64,000 nt of DNA from Escherichia coli (GTDB lineage: Bacteria > Pseudomonadota > Gammaproteobacteria > Enterobacterales > Enterobacteriaceae): NCBI RefSeq assembly GCF_003334305.1, contig NZ_QOWS01000001.1. The stretch is one strand, 5' to 3'. The notes under the pieces were generated by a model. The model saw nothing but the letters and a program-made list of their open reading frames with translations, ran no database searches and was not told the origin of the DNA. Below, in pieces: positions 16,292-29,136 of this stretch; position 1 is the first letter of the stretch; each line of letters begins with the position of its first letter. A program made the position numbers and the translations under genes.

Positions 16292-18964
16292 CTACAGCAA
16301 GCTCTTGACATAACTGTCAATGTCGCTGATGTATTTTTCTATTCCTGGAACATCCTTCTCACGAATCAGATGTTCCAGCGTTTCACATAACTGCTTGCCG
16401 GGTACCAGATTTAGCATGGCAAATACGCCTTTAAGACGATGAGCCGTTTGGGCTAACGCAGCAAAGTCACTGGTTGCTGCTTCAGTATACAGCCTCTTAA
16501 CATCATCCGGTACTGTGTCTACAAAGAGCGCATAATAGCCGCTGGCATGGAGTTGCGCATTTTCATCTCCGCCCAGAGGCGATTCTGTCACCTCTTCCTG
16601 CGCCAGTTGCACTTCAATTAATTGTAAGACCGCTTCCTGCATAGCGTTGCTCATATTGAAGTTGACGCACAATTGACCAGGCCCAATTTCCCGTACGCCA
16701 GACTCATCATCGCTTAAAAGCAAGCCAGAGGCAGTAAGATTAGACGGATTATCCGTTAAAAAGATATCATAATCTTGACTAATTAATCTTTCATCGGGTG
16801 TGATACAGGTTGCACCCCAATTTTCTAACTGGCGAGTGACAATATTCCGAATTTCTGCCGAAGTAACATCCACCATTACGCAGACATCATCCAGTAAACG
16901 CTCTTCTTCCTCTTCAACTTCCGGGTCAGCGGCGAGCATTTTGATATGCACAGAGTAGCGTGTACCAAGCCCATCCCGCGTTTTGATGTTTAAATGACCG
17001 CCCAGTTTACGCGCCAGTTGATCGCTCAGCCAGAATGCCAGCGGGTCCGCCTTGCCATAGCGATCGTTTTGGGTCTGGTTGATAAACGGGAAGTGCAAAT
17101 TATCCATTTCATGAATACTTACGCCTTCTCCGGTGTCCAGAATGCGGAATGTCAGGCGGTCTTCAGAGGACTCATCCTGATCAACCTCAAGGGTGATTTT
17201 TCCCAATTGCGTTGAGGTCACGGCATATTGCATCAGTAGCAGCAAAATACGTCGTAAGGCATCGCGATCGCCGCGGCGCATATCGTGTGCTTTCAGATGA
17301 TTGTTAATCAGCAGTTGCAGACCTTTACGCTTGATGGCAGGCAACACTGAAGGCACAACTTCATCAATTAAATCCTGCACGGAGAACAGCACCGTCTCAC
17401 TTTTCCAGCTATCATCCGCAAGCATGTTCGCTAACTGTATTTCATCAACCAGCCGCACCAGCACATCTGCCTGATTCGCCAGTTGTTTGCTTTCCGGGGC
17501 GTTGAGTTTAGCCGCGCTCTCCGCCAGGGACTGTGCAGGTTCTTTCAGCGCATCGCCAATGTTTTTCATAAAGGTCATCCGGCCCTGCTGGTTTTTCTCA
17601 TACAGACGCTGCGCCTGCTTGAGTTTCTTGTTTACCAGCACTTCGCGATCCTGATCGCGAATAATGAAAATTTGTGTGCGCGGCGCGACCTGGCTGCGGA
17701 ACATGCGGATCTCATACAGCTCGTTATTGATCGTCGCCTGAATAATCCCCTGATGCTGTTCCGCCATGGTGGTGATGTTTTGCAGATTCAAATGCGGCAG
17801 CAAATGATCGGCAATTTTGTTACTTATGACAGTGCGGTTCGATTCCTGATCGTGAACCAGCAGGCCGAGCGGCAGCAGTGAGACTATCTCTTCATTAATT
17901 GCCCGTAAAATGCGCAATTCGTTATTGACCGCCGTGCTGGGTAGACTTTCTGTACTGCGGCTGGAGAAATGGCGGAATGTGGTATAGCCAAATAACGCCA
18001 GCGCCAGCAAACCGATGTTCAGCAGCAGTGGCAGCAGAATGTTTTGCAACGTATCCAGCAATAAGGTGCCATAAGGAACCTGCCAGACCAGGCGCATATC
18101 GGTAGAGTTGAGTGCCGAGGAGATTTCAATCTTCGTACTGTTAAAGTGGATACTGACGCTATCCGTCCCTTCTTTCTCATTATCATTGTTTCCCGTTGCC
18201 GTCGCGTCTGGCTCAAGGCGGAAACTGTCCAGCGGCATACCCGGTGGGATCAAATCATTAATCGGCAGATCAAAAGCCACGACCGTTGCCAGATGTCCTG
18301 GCTGGTTAAAGGTAGTACGCAAGGTAAAGTAATGACCGTTCTGCCAGGCCAGGCGGCGCATGTTAGAAAAGCTTTCGCGTTCATCGAGGGCGTTGGCCTG
18401 TTGCAACATCTCTGCACGACGTGAATCAACAATGTCGCTGACGGTCGATTCTTTAAATCCGGAGGTGAGATCTTTAAGGGGTAGGGTTGAGATCAGCACC
18501 AGACTGTTATCCTGACCATTCAGGTAATACATCGACCACGGTACATTTTCTGCGCCCCACAATGTATCCAGATAAGTGGACATCCGCTGAGTCATCTCAA
18601 GCGTTGAGTTGTCGTGAGAGCCAAAGATTAACGCTTCCGTTTTGCGGCGTGGTTTCTCCAGATAGTAGACATCCTGTTTCAGGCGCGTCTCTTGTAAACC
18701 TTCGCCGGAGGAGGGGGAGGTCGTCGCGGCAATGTTGTCGTAGATCTGCCAGGTCACGTAACGCCAGTTATCGACGCGCTTTTGGATAGCATGGGTAATG
18801 TCGACAATCTGGTAACTTTTATCTTTCAGCCAGGCGTTAACGGCGCTTTGTACCATTACACCCATCGTCACCAGTAACACAATGATCAACAGTAAAAAGA
18901 AGCGGGTAATGCTCCTCGGTAGGAGTGAAAAGCGGGTCGTGGCCGTTGTCTCTTTCTGACGCAT
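16292..18964 (-). CDS. rcsD: Rcs phosphotransfer protein RcsD (YojN)
   Basis: 890-aa ORF directly upstream of rcsB on the same strand with a 16-nt gap; N-terminal membrane segment and C-terminal HPt-like region. Confidence 0.95.
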   Translation of the reverse strand: MRQKETTATTRFSLLPRSITRFFLLLIIVLLVTMGVMVQSAVNAWLKDKSYQIVDITHAIQKRVDNWRYVTWQIYDNIAATTSPSSGEGLQETRLKQDVYYLEKPRRKTEALIFGSHDNSTLEMTQRMSTYLDTLWGAENVPWSMYYLNGQDNSLVLISTLPLKDLTSGFKESTVSDIVDSRRAEMLQQANALDERESFSNMRRLAWQNGHYFTLRTTFNQPGHLATVVAFDLPINDLIPPGMPLDSFRLEPDATATGNNDNEKEGTDSVSIHFNSTKIEISSALNSTDMRLVWQVPYGTLLLDTLQNILLPLLLNIGLLALALFGYTTFRHFSSRSTESLPSTAVNNELRILRAINEEIVSLLPLGLLVHDQESNRTVISNKIADHLLPHLNLQNITTMAEQHQGIIQATINNELYEIRMFRSQVAPRTQIFIIRDQDREVLVNKKLKQAQRLYEKNQQGRMTFMKNIGDALKEPAQSLAESAAKLNAPESKQLANQADVLVRLVDEIQLANMLADDSWKSETVLFSVQDLIDEVVPSVLPAIKRKGLQLLINNHLKAHDMRRGDRDALRRILLLLMQYAVTSTQLGKITLEVDQDESSEDRLTFRILDTGEGVSIHEMDNLHFPFINQTQNDRYGKADPLAFWLSDQLARKLGGHLNIKTRDGLGTRYSVHIKMLAADPEVEEEEERLLDDVCVMVDVTSAEIRNIVTRQLENWGATCITPDERLISQDYDIFLTDNPSNLTASGLLLSDDESGVREIGPGQLCVNFNMSNAMQEAVLQLIEVQLAQEEVTESPLGGDENAQLHASGYYALFVDTVPDDVKRLYTEAATSDFAALAQTAHRLKGVFAMLNLVPGKQLCETLEHLIREKDVPGIEKYISDIDSYVKSLL

Positions 18965-19275
18965 TCGTGTTTATGACCTGTTAAAACTTCGCGAAGTGAT
19001 AGGGCAGTATAAAGGGTACAGTGTGAAATTCCAGACTCTTACCTGATTGATGATTCTCTATTCTCCCGTGATATTTATCATCCTGCATTGGGGGAAATAG
19101 ATGTACAAGCGCCATTTTGCTGTACAAATAACCTACAAAAATCCCAACAAAAATAATTGCAAATAAACAAAGATTGCTGGAAATTATGCGGATGTTAATT
19201 ATTTGTGAAATAGTTAACAAGCGTTATAGTTTTTCTGTGGTAGCACAGAATAATGAAAAGTGTGTAAAGAAGGGT

Positions 19276-19368
19276 AAAAAAAACCGAATGCGAGGCATCC
19301 GGTTGAAATAGGGGTAAACAGACATTCAGAAATGAATGACGGTAATAAATAAAGTTAATGATGATAGC
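19276..19368 (-). ncRNA. micF: MicF antisense small RNA
   Basis: Reverse complement of 19276-19368 reads GCTATCATCATTAACTTTATTTATTACCGTCATTCATTTCTGAATGTCTGTTTACCCC...GGATGCCTCGCATTCGGTTTTTTTT, ending in a hairpin plus U-tract; divergent from ompC. Confidence 0.9.
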
Positions 19369-19524
19369 GGGAGTTATTCTAGTTGCGAGTGAAGGTTTTG
19401 TTTTGACATTCAGTGCTGTCAAATACTTAAGAATAAGTTATTGATTTTAACCTTGAATTATTATTGCTTGATGTTAGGTGCTTATTTCGCCATTCCGCAA
19501 TAATCTTAAAAAGTTCCCTTGCAT

Positions 19525-19564
19525 TTACATTTTGAAACATCTATAGCGATAAATGAAACATCTT
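19525..19564 (+). promoter_or_regulatory. ompC upstream OmpR-binding region
   Basis: TTTACATTTTGAAACATCTA at 19525-19544, and a second TGAAACATCT copy 21 bp downstream (19554-19564); matches OmpR box sequence as I recall it. Confidence 0.6.
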
Positions 19565-19687
19565 AAAAGTTTTAGTATCATATTCGTGTTGGATTATTCT
19601 GCATTTTTGGGGAGAATGGACTTGCCGACTGATTAATGAGGGTTAATCAGTATGCAGTGGCATAAAAAAGCAAATAAAGGCATATAA

Positions 19688-20806
<1,119 letters not shown>

Positions 20807-20825
20807 TCTCGATTGATATCGAACA

Positions 20826-20848
20826 AAGGGCCTGCGGGCCCTTTTTTC
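20826..20848 (+). terminator. ompC rho-independent terminator
   Basis: GGGCCTGCGGGCCC hairpin followed by TTTTTT, about 20 nt after the ompC stop. Confidence 0.8.
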
Positions 20849-20917
20849 ATTGTTTTCAGCGTACAAACACAGTTTTTTGGTGTACTCTTGCGACCGTTCG
20901 CATGAGGATAATCACGT

Positions 20918-21973
20918 ATGGAAATAAGCTTTACCCGCGTGGCACTGCTGGCTGCCGCGCTCTTCTTTGTTGGTTGCGATCAAAAACCACAACCCGCCAA
21001 AACCCACGCTACTGAAGTTACCGTTCTTGAAGGCAAAACCATGGGTACCTTCTGGCGTGCCAGCATCCCGGGCATTGACGCCAAACGCAGTGCCGAACTT
21101 AAAGAAAAGATTCAGACCCAGCTGGATGCCGACGATCAGCTGCTTTCGACCTATAAAAAAGATTCCGCGCTGATGCGCTTTAACGACTCGCAAAGTTTGT
21201 CGCCGTGGCCGGTAAGTGAAGCGATGGCCGATATCGTCACCACCTCGCTGCGCATTGGCGCAAGGACCGATGGTGCGATGGATATAACCGTCGGGCCGCT
21301 GGTGAATCTGTGGGGCTTTGGCCCGGAACAACAGCCGGTTCAAATTCCGAGCCAGGAACAGATCGATGCGATGAAAGCCAAAACCGGCTTACAGCACCTG
21401 ACGGTCATCAATCAGTCGCATCAGCAATATCTGCAAAAAGACCTGCCGGATTTATATGTCGATCTCTCCACCGTCGGTGAAGGTTATGCGGCGGATCACC
21501 TGGCACGCTTGATGGAGCAGGAAGGGATTTCCCGCTATCTGGTGTCGGTGGGCGGCGCGCTGAACAGCCGTGGTATGAACGGTGAAGGCCAGCCGTGGCG
21601 GGTAGCGATTCAAAAACCAACCGATAAAGAAAACGCGGTTCAGGCTGTGGTGGATATCAACGGTCATGGGATTAGCACCTCTGGCAGCTACCGTAACTAT
21701 TACGAACTGGACGGCAAACGTCTTTCCCATGTTATCGATCCGCAAACCGGGCGTCCCATCGAACACAATCTGGTATCCGTGACGGTGATTGCTCCGACGG
21801 CGCTGGAAGCCGATGCCTGGGATACTGGCTTGATGGTACTCGGGCCGGAGAAAGCCAAAGAGGTTGTTCGCCGGGAAGGGCTGGCGGTTTATATGATCAC
21901 CAAAGAAGGCGATAGCTTTAAAACCTGGATGTCACCACAGTTTAAAAGCTTCCTTGTCAGCGAAAAAAATTAA
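20918..21973 (+). CDS. apbE: FAD:protein FMN transferase ApbE (lipoprotein)
   Basis: 351-aa ORF; lipobox-like FFVGC in the signal sequence. Confidence 0.92.
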   Translation: MEISFTRVALLAAALFFVGCDQKPQPAKTHATEVTVLEGKTMGTFWRASIPGIDAKRSAELKEKIQTQLDADDQLLSTYKKDSALMRFNDSQSLSPWPVSEAMADIVTTSLRIGARTDGAMDITVGPLVNLWGFGPEQQPVQIPSQEQIDAMKAKTGLQHLTVINQSHQQYLQKDLPDLYVDLSTVGEGYAADHLARLMEQEGISRYLVSVGGALNSRGMNGEGQPWRVAIQKPTDKENAVQAVVDINGHGISTSGSYRNYYELDGKRLSHVIDPQTGRPIEHNLVSVTVIAPTALEADAWDTGLMVLGPEKAKEVVRREGLAVYMITKEGDSFKTWMSPQFKSFLVSEKN

Positions 21974-22046
21974 AGCGCAAGATTGTTGGTTTTTGCGTGA
22001 TGGTGACCGGGCAGACTAAAGGCTATCCTTAACCAGGGAGCTGATT

Positions 22047-23111
22047 ATGAAAAACGCCACATGCTTAGCTGACGATCAACGCTGGCAATCTGTCTTAGCC
22101 CGCGACCCGAATGCCGACGGCGAATTCGTTTTCGCCGTGCGCACCACAGGCATCTTTTGCCGTCCGTCTTGCCGCGCCAGACATGCCTTGCGGGAAAATG
22201 TCTCCTTCTACGCAAATGCCAGCGAGGCACTCGCCGCCGGATTTCGCCCCTGCAAACGCTGCCAACCTGATAAAGCCAATGCCCAGCAACATCGGTTGGA
22301 TAAAATCACCCACGCGTGTCGACTGCTGGAACAGGAAACGCCTGTAACGTTGGAAGCCTTAGCCGACCAGGTGGCGATGAGTCCATTTCATCTACATCGG
22401 TTGTTTAAAGCGACTACCGGAATGACGCCTAAAGCCTGGCAACAGGCCTGGCGCGCTCGCCGTTTGCGCGAATCGCTGGCGAAAGGGGAGAGCGTGACGA
22501 CGTCTATTCTTAACGCCGGATTCCCCGACAGCAGCAGTTACTACCGCAAAGCCGATGAAACGCTGGGCATGACGGCTAAACAATTCCGTCACGGTGGCGA
22601 AAATCTGGCGGTGCGTTACGCGCTGGCTGATTGTGCGCTGGGTCGTTGCCTGGTGGCAGAAAGCGAGCGGGGGATTTGCGCGATATTGCTGGGCGATGAT
22701 GACGCGACACTAATCAGCGAGTTGCAGCAGATGTTTCCCGCTGCCGACAACGCGCCTGCCGATCTGATGTTTCAGCAACATGTGCGTGAAGTGATCGCCA
22801 GCCTCAATCAACGCGATACGCCGCTGACGTTACCGCTGGACATTCGCGGCACTGCTTTTCAGCAACAAGTCTGGCAGGCACTGCGCACGATACCTTGCGG
22901 TGAAACCGTCAGTTATCAGCAACTGGCTAACGCCATCGGCAAACCGAAAGCGGTACGGGCCGTTGCCAGCGCCTGTGCCGCCAACAAGCTGGCTATCATA
23001 ATACCCTGTCATCGGGTGGTCCGTGGTGATGGCACACTTTCCGGTTACCGCTGGGGCGTGTCGCGTAAAGCGCAACTGCTGCGCCGCGAAGCTGAAAATG
23101 AGGAGAGGTAA
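22047..23111 (+). CDS. ada: Ada bifunctional regulator / O6-methylguanine-DNA methyltransferase
   Basis: 354-aa ORF; N-terminal Cys cluster (FCRPSCRARHA...CKRC) and C-terminal PCHRV active-site motif. Confidence 0.95.
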   Translation: MKNATCLADDQRWQSVLARDPNADGEFVFAVRTTGIFCRPSCRARHALRENVSFYANASEALAAGFRPCKRCQPDKANAQQHRLDKITHACRLLEQETPVTLEALADQVAMSPFHLHRLFKATTGMTPKAWQQAWRARRLRESLAKGESVTTSILNAGFPDSSSYYRKADETLGMTAKQFRHGGENLAVRYALADCALGRCLVAESERGICAILLGDDDATLISELQQMFPAADNAPADLMFQQHVREVIASLNQRDTPLTLPLDIRGTAFQQQVWQALRTIPCGETVSYQQLANAIGKPKAVRAVASACAANKLAIIIPCHRVVRGDGTLSGYRWGVSRKAQLLRREAENEER

Positions 23112-23761
23112 TGTTGGATCTGTTTGCCGATGCTGAACCGTGGCAAGAGCCACTGGCGGCTGGAGCGGTAATTTTGCACCGTTTTGCTTTTAACGCTGCG
23201 GAGCAACTAATCCGCGATATTAATGACGTTGCCAGCCAGTCGCCGTTTCGCCAGATGGTCACCCCCGGGGGATATACCATGTCGGTGGCGATGACCAATT
23301 GTGGGCATCTGGGCTGGACGAGCCATCGGCAAGGTTATCTCTATTCGCCCATTGATCCGCAAACAAATAAACCGTGGCCCGCCATGCCACAGAGTTTTCA
23401 TAATTTATGTCAACGTGCGGCTACGGCGGCGGGCTATCCAGATTTCCAGCCAGATGCTTGTCTTATCAACCGCTACGCTCCTGGCGCGAAACTGTCGCTG
23501 CATCAGGATAAAGACGAACCGGATCTGCGCGCGCCAATTGTTTCTGTTTCTCTGGGCTTACCCGCGATTTTTCAATTTGGTGGCCTGAAACGTAATGATC
23601 CGCTCAAACGTTTGTTGTTGGAACATGGCGATGTGGTGGTATGGGGCGGTGAATCGCGGCTGTTTTATCACGGCATTCAACCGCTGAAAGCGGGGTTTCA
23701 TCCACTCACCGGCGACTGCCGCTACAACCTGACATTCCGTCAGGCAGGTAAAAAAGAATAA
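23111..23761 (+). CDS. alkB: AlkB Fe(II)/2-oxoglutarate-dependent DNA/RNA demethylase
   Basis: 216-aa ORF whose ATG overlaps the ada stop (TAATG). Confidence 0.95.
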   Translation: MLDLFADAEPWQEPLAAGAVILHRFAFNAAEQLIRDINDVASQSPFRQMVTPGGYTMSVAMTNCGHLGWTSHRQGYLYSPIDPQTNKPWPAMPQSFHNLCQRAATAAGYPDFQPDACLINRYAPGAKLSLHQDKDEPDLRAPIVSVSLGLPAIFQFGGLKRNDPLKRLLLEHGDVVVWGGESRLFYHGIQPLKAGFHPLTGDCRYNLTFRQAGKKE

Positions 23762-23836
23762 AAATAAGAATTATTATTGCTGTGCGCGCGAAGATGTTTA
23801 AACTGCGGGCTGTAATTCATTGTCCGGGTTTTCTGC

Positions 23837-25480
23837 ATGGAACTTCTTGTACTTGTCTGGCGGCAGTATCGCTGGCCATTTATCAGTGTGATGGCGCTAA
23901 GCCTCGCCAGTGCGGCATTAGGCATTGGCTTAATTGCTTTTATCAATCAGCGCCTTATCGAAACGGCGGATACCAGTCTGCTGGTATTGCCGGAGTTTCT
24001 GGGATTATTGCTGCTGTTGATGGCAGTCACTCTCGGATCGCAACTGGCGCTCACCACTTTGGGGCATCACTTCGTTTACCGACTGCGTAGTGAATTTATC
24101 AAGCGGATTCTGGATACCAACGTCGAGCGCATTGAACAACTCGGTAGCGCCTCGTTGCTGGCGGGATTAACCAGCGATGTGCGCAATATCACCATTGCTT
24201 TTGTGCGTCTTCCGGAACTGGTGCAGGGGATCATTCTCACTATCGGTTCCGCGGCGTATCTGTGGATGCTGTCGGGCAAAATGTTGCTGGTAACGGCTAT
24301 CTGGATGGCGATCACCATCTGGGGTGGTTTTGTACTGGTGGCGCGGGTGTACAAACATATGGCGACCCTGCGTGAAACCGAAGACAAGCTGTACACGGAT
24401 TTTCAAACCGTACTCGAAGGGCGCAAAGAGCTGACTCTGAACCGGGAACGCGCCGAGTATGTGTTTAACAACCTCTACATCCCCGATGCGCAAGAGTATC
24501 GCCATCATATTATTCGCGCAGACACCTTCCATCTTAGCGCCGTGAACTGGTCAAACATCATGATGCTGGGCGCTATCGGCCTGGTGTTCTGGATGGCGAA
24601 CAGTCTCGGTTGGGCTGATACCAACGTTGCTGCGACCTATTCGTTGACGCTGTTATTCCTGCGTACGCCGCTGCTTTCGGCGGTTGGCGCATTGCCGACG
24701 CTGCTGACGGCGCAGGTGGCGTTTAACAAGCTGAACAAATTCGCGCTCGCGCCTTTCAAAGCTGAGTTTCCGCGCCCGCAGGCTTTTCCCAACTGGCAAA
24801 CGCTGGAGCTGCGTAACGTGACGTTTAGCTATCAGGATAACGCGTTTTCCGTTGGGCCGATTAACCTCACCATTAAACGTGGCGAGCTGCTGTTTCTGAT
24901 TGGTGGCAACGGTAGTGGAAAATCGACGCTGGCGATGTTGCTGACGGGCTTGTACCAGCCACAAAGCGGCGAAATCTTGCTGGATGGCAAACCTGTCAGT
25001 GGCGAACAACCGGAAGATTATCGCAAACTGTTTTCGGCAGTGTTTACCGATGTCTGGCTGTTTGATCAACTGCTGGGGCCGGAGGGTAAACCCGCTAACC
25101 CGCAACTGGTTGAGAAGTGGCTGGCGCAGCTGAAAATGGCTCATAAGCTTGAGTTAAGCAACGGGCGTATTGTTAACCTGAAGTTATCAAAAGGGCAGAA
25201 AAAACGCGTGGCGCTGTTGCTGGCGCTGGCAGAAGAACGCGATATTATCCTGCTGGATGAATGGGCGGCGGATCAGGATCCACACTTCCGTCGTGAGTTT
25301 TATCAGGTGTTGCTGCCGCTGATGCAGGAGATGGGTAAAACTATTTTCGCTATCAGTCATGATGATCATTACTTTATCCACGCCGACCGCCTGCTGGAAA
25401 TGCGCAATGGGCAACTTAGCGAGCTGACGGGCGAAGAGCGCGATGCCGCTTCGCGTGATGCCGTTGCCCGGACGGCATAA
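23837..25480 (+). CDS. yojI: ABC transporter YojI (fused permease/ATPase; microcin J25 efflux)
   Basis: 547-aa ORF; N-terminal transmembrane region, C-terminal Walker [10 protein letters not shown] and signature LSKGQKKR. Confidence 0.9.
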   Translation: MELLVLVWRQYRWPFISVMALSLASAALGIGLIAFINQRLIETADTSLLVLPEFLGLLLLLMAVTLGSQLALTTLGHHFVYRLRSEFIKRILDTNVERIEQLGSASLLAGLTSDVRNITIAFVRLPELVQGIILTIGSAAYLWMLSGKMLLVTAIWMAITIWGGFVLVARVYKHMATLRETEDKLYTDFQTVLEGRKELTLNRERAEYVFNNLYIPDAQEYRHHIIRADTFHLSAVNWSNIMMLGAIGLVFWMANSLGWADTNVAATYSLTLLFLRTPLLSAVGALPTLLTAQVAFNKLNKFALAPFKAEFPRPQAFPNWQTLELRNVTFSYQDNAFSVGPINLTIKRGELLFLIGGNGSGKSTLAMLLTGLYQPQSGEILLDGKPVSGEQPEDYRKLFSAVFTDVWLFDQLLGPEGKPANPQLVEKWLAQLKMAHKLELSNGRIVNLKLSKGQKKRVALLLALAEERDIILLDEWAADQDPHFRREFYQVLLPLMQEMGKTIFAISHDDHYFIHADRLLEMRNGQLSELTGEERDAASRDAVARTA

Positions 25481-25685
25481 TATTACGACGCTGACCTGGC
25501 GGACTGCTGCCGTCAGGTCAATATGCTAAAAATCCCTTCATTTCTAATAACCCTATAATTAATCAACGAAATTATAATGTTTCTAAAATTAGAATATAAT
25601 TTATAAACATTATTTAAATGTTGTTACTTAAGTGTTACCGTTGATGCCGCGCAAATCTCACCTGCAATAAAGCGACTAAAAGTAA

Positions 25686-27344
<1,659 letters not shown>

Positions 27345-27345
27345 T

Positions 27346-27478
27346 GATGTGCCACATCCGGCATGGTATGCCGGATGTGGCGTATGCTGATAAGACGCGC
27401 CAGCGTCGCATCAGGCACCGGCTCGGGCGTTAGATGTCGGATGCGGCGTGACCGCCTTATTCGGCCTACGGGGTGCCG
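27346..27478. repeat. Cluster of three REP-type palindromic units between convergent mqo and eco
   Basis: GCCACATCCGGCATGGTATGCCGGATGTGGC (perfect palindrome), then ...GATAAGACGCGCCAGCGTCGCATCAGG..., then GATGTCGGATGCGGCGTGACCGCCTTATTCGGCCTAC. Confidence 0.8.
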
Positions 27479-27492
27479 CACTTCACAGCATT

Positions 27493-27981
27493 TTAGCGAA
27501 CTACCGCGTTGTCAATTTTCTCTTCCGCCTTCCAGACGCGGTACTTCACATCTACATTGTCTGGCGTATACACCACGATCGGCAGCTTGCTGTTGTAACG
27601 CAGCATTCCAGCATCGCCCAGATACGCGGTGACAAATTTCTTCTCTTTCTTGCCATCCGGGCAGGCCATCATCGTCGAAACCGGGGAACTGACTTTATCA
27701 AAGACATAATAATCATAGCCCCAGCCTTCCAGCGTTTTGTTTTCCAGCTTCCCGCCGAGACGATGCAAATTGCAATCGACTTCCAGCGTCTGACCGATTA
27801 ACAGTTCTACTTTCAGGGTAGATTCATCTTCTTGCGGGGTTAACTGAATCACCTGACGCTTCATCCCTTTTTCAGCTTGTGGATAAGGCGCGATTTTTTC
27901 CAGTGGCTGGACGCTTTCTGCCGCCCAGGCGGAAGTGGTAGCGAAAGCGGCAAACAATACTGCAGGTAGAATGGTCTTCAT
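27493..27981 (-). CDS. eco: Ecotin, periplasmic serine-protease inhibitor
   Basis: Start taken at [20 protein letters not shown] within ORF 27493-28002, giving 162 aa. Confidence 0.93.
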
Positions 27982-28259
27982 TTTTTTGCTTTCCTTCTTC
28001 ATTTATAGGTTTTCACCGATGATGTCGCTGAAGGTTAACATATTCATCAGATTTATTAATTTGCTTTATGAATAACTTAAAGAACATTCAGACAATTTTA
28101 CCTGCTCTTTTAGTGTTAAATTCTAATGAGAGAGCAAACCAGCAGAAATATCTCTGGTGAATTAATCGCTATATAAATATATTTATAACCATTTGAAATG
28201 TGAGCAAAAGCCCGTTTTTGCCACGCTTCCCGCCACTCTTTTGATCCTGCTACAGGTTT

Positions 28260-28275
28260 TACCCCGATCGGGGTA
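28260..28275. promoter_or_regulatory. Perfect 16-bp palindrome in the napF promoter (NarP/NarL 7-2-7-type site)
   Basis: TACCCCGATCGGGGTA about 115 bp upstream of the napF start; matches the heptamer-pair arrangement I recall for NarP/NarL. Confidence 0.6.
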
Positions 28276-28388
28276 TGCATCTTTGACACATCCTTTAATA
28301 TCTTAGCGGCTATAAAAATGGCTTATTAATTATGCGGTTTATTTGGTCGCTCTCAATTTTCAGAGCGCGTTAATGATGGAAGGTCAAT

Positions 28389-28883
28389 GTGAAGATTGAT
28401 GCATCCCGTCGGGGCATACTCACTGGTCGCTGGCGCAAAGCCAGTAACGGTATCCGTCCGCCCTGGTCCGGTGATGAATCTCATTTTCTGACCCATTGCA
28501 CCCGCTGCGACGCCTGTATTAATGCTTGTGAAAACAACATTCTGCAACGCGGCGCGGGCGGCTATCCGAGCGTTAATTTCAAAAATAACGAGTGCAGCTT
28601 CTGTTACGACTGCGCGCAGGCTTGCCCCGAATCGCTATTTTCTCCGCGCCACACCAGGGCCTGGGATTTGCAGTTCACCATTGGGGACGCGTGCCTGGCG
28701 TATCAGTCTGTTGAATGCCGCCGCTGTCAGGATAGCTGTGAGCCAATGGCAATTATCTTTCGCCCGACGCTCTCCGGGATCTACCAGCCGCAACTTAATA
28801 GCCAACTTTGCAACGGATGTGGAGCATGTGCAGCCAGCTGTCCGGTATCAGCCATAACTGCGGAGTATCTCCATGCACACTAA
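28389..28883 (+). CDS. napF: NapF ferredoxin-type protein
   Basis: 164-aa ORF with GTG start; several CxxCxxCxxxCP clusters. Confidence 0.93.
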   Translation: MKIDASRRGILTGRWRKASNGIRPPWSGDESHFLTHCTRCDACINACENNILQRGAGGYPSVNFKNNECSFCYDCAQACPESLFSPRHTRAWDLQFTIGDACLAYQSVECRRCQDSCEPMAIIFRPTLSGIYQPQLNSQLCNGCGACAASCPVSAITAEYLHAH

Positions 28884-29136
28884 CTGGCAAGTTTGCAGCC
28901 TGGTCGTGCAGGCCAAAAGCGAACGAATTTCAGACATCAGCACCCAACTGAACGCCTTTCCCGGCTGTGAAGTTGCTGTCAGCGACGCGCCGAGCGGTCA
29001 GTTGATTGTGGTGGTGGAAGCAGAAGACAGCGAAACGCTGATCCAAACCATTGAGTCAGTACGCAACGTAGAGGGCGTGCTGGCGGTGTCGCTGGTTTAT
29101 CACCAGCAGGAAGAGCAAGGTGAGGAAACACCATGA
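28873..29136 (+). CDS. napD: NapD chaperone for NapA
   Basis: 87-aa ORF overlapping napF end and napA start. Confidence 0.93.
   Translation: MHTNWQVCSLVVQAKSERISDISTQLNAFPGCEVAVSDAPSGQLIVVVEAEDSETLIQTIESVRNVEGVLAVSLVYHQQEEQGEETP

Noticed and set aside
28241-28254. Fnr binding site TTGATCCTGCTACA in the napF promoter
   Set aside because: Only one half-site matches TTGAT-N4-ATCAA; kept as a note, not annotated.
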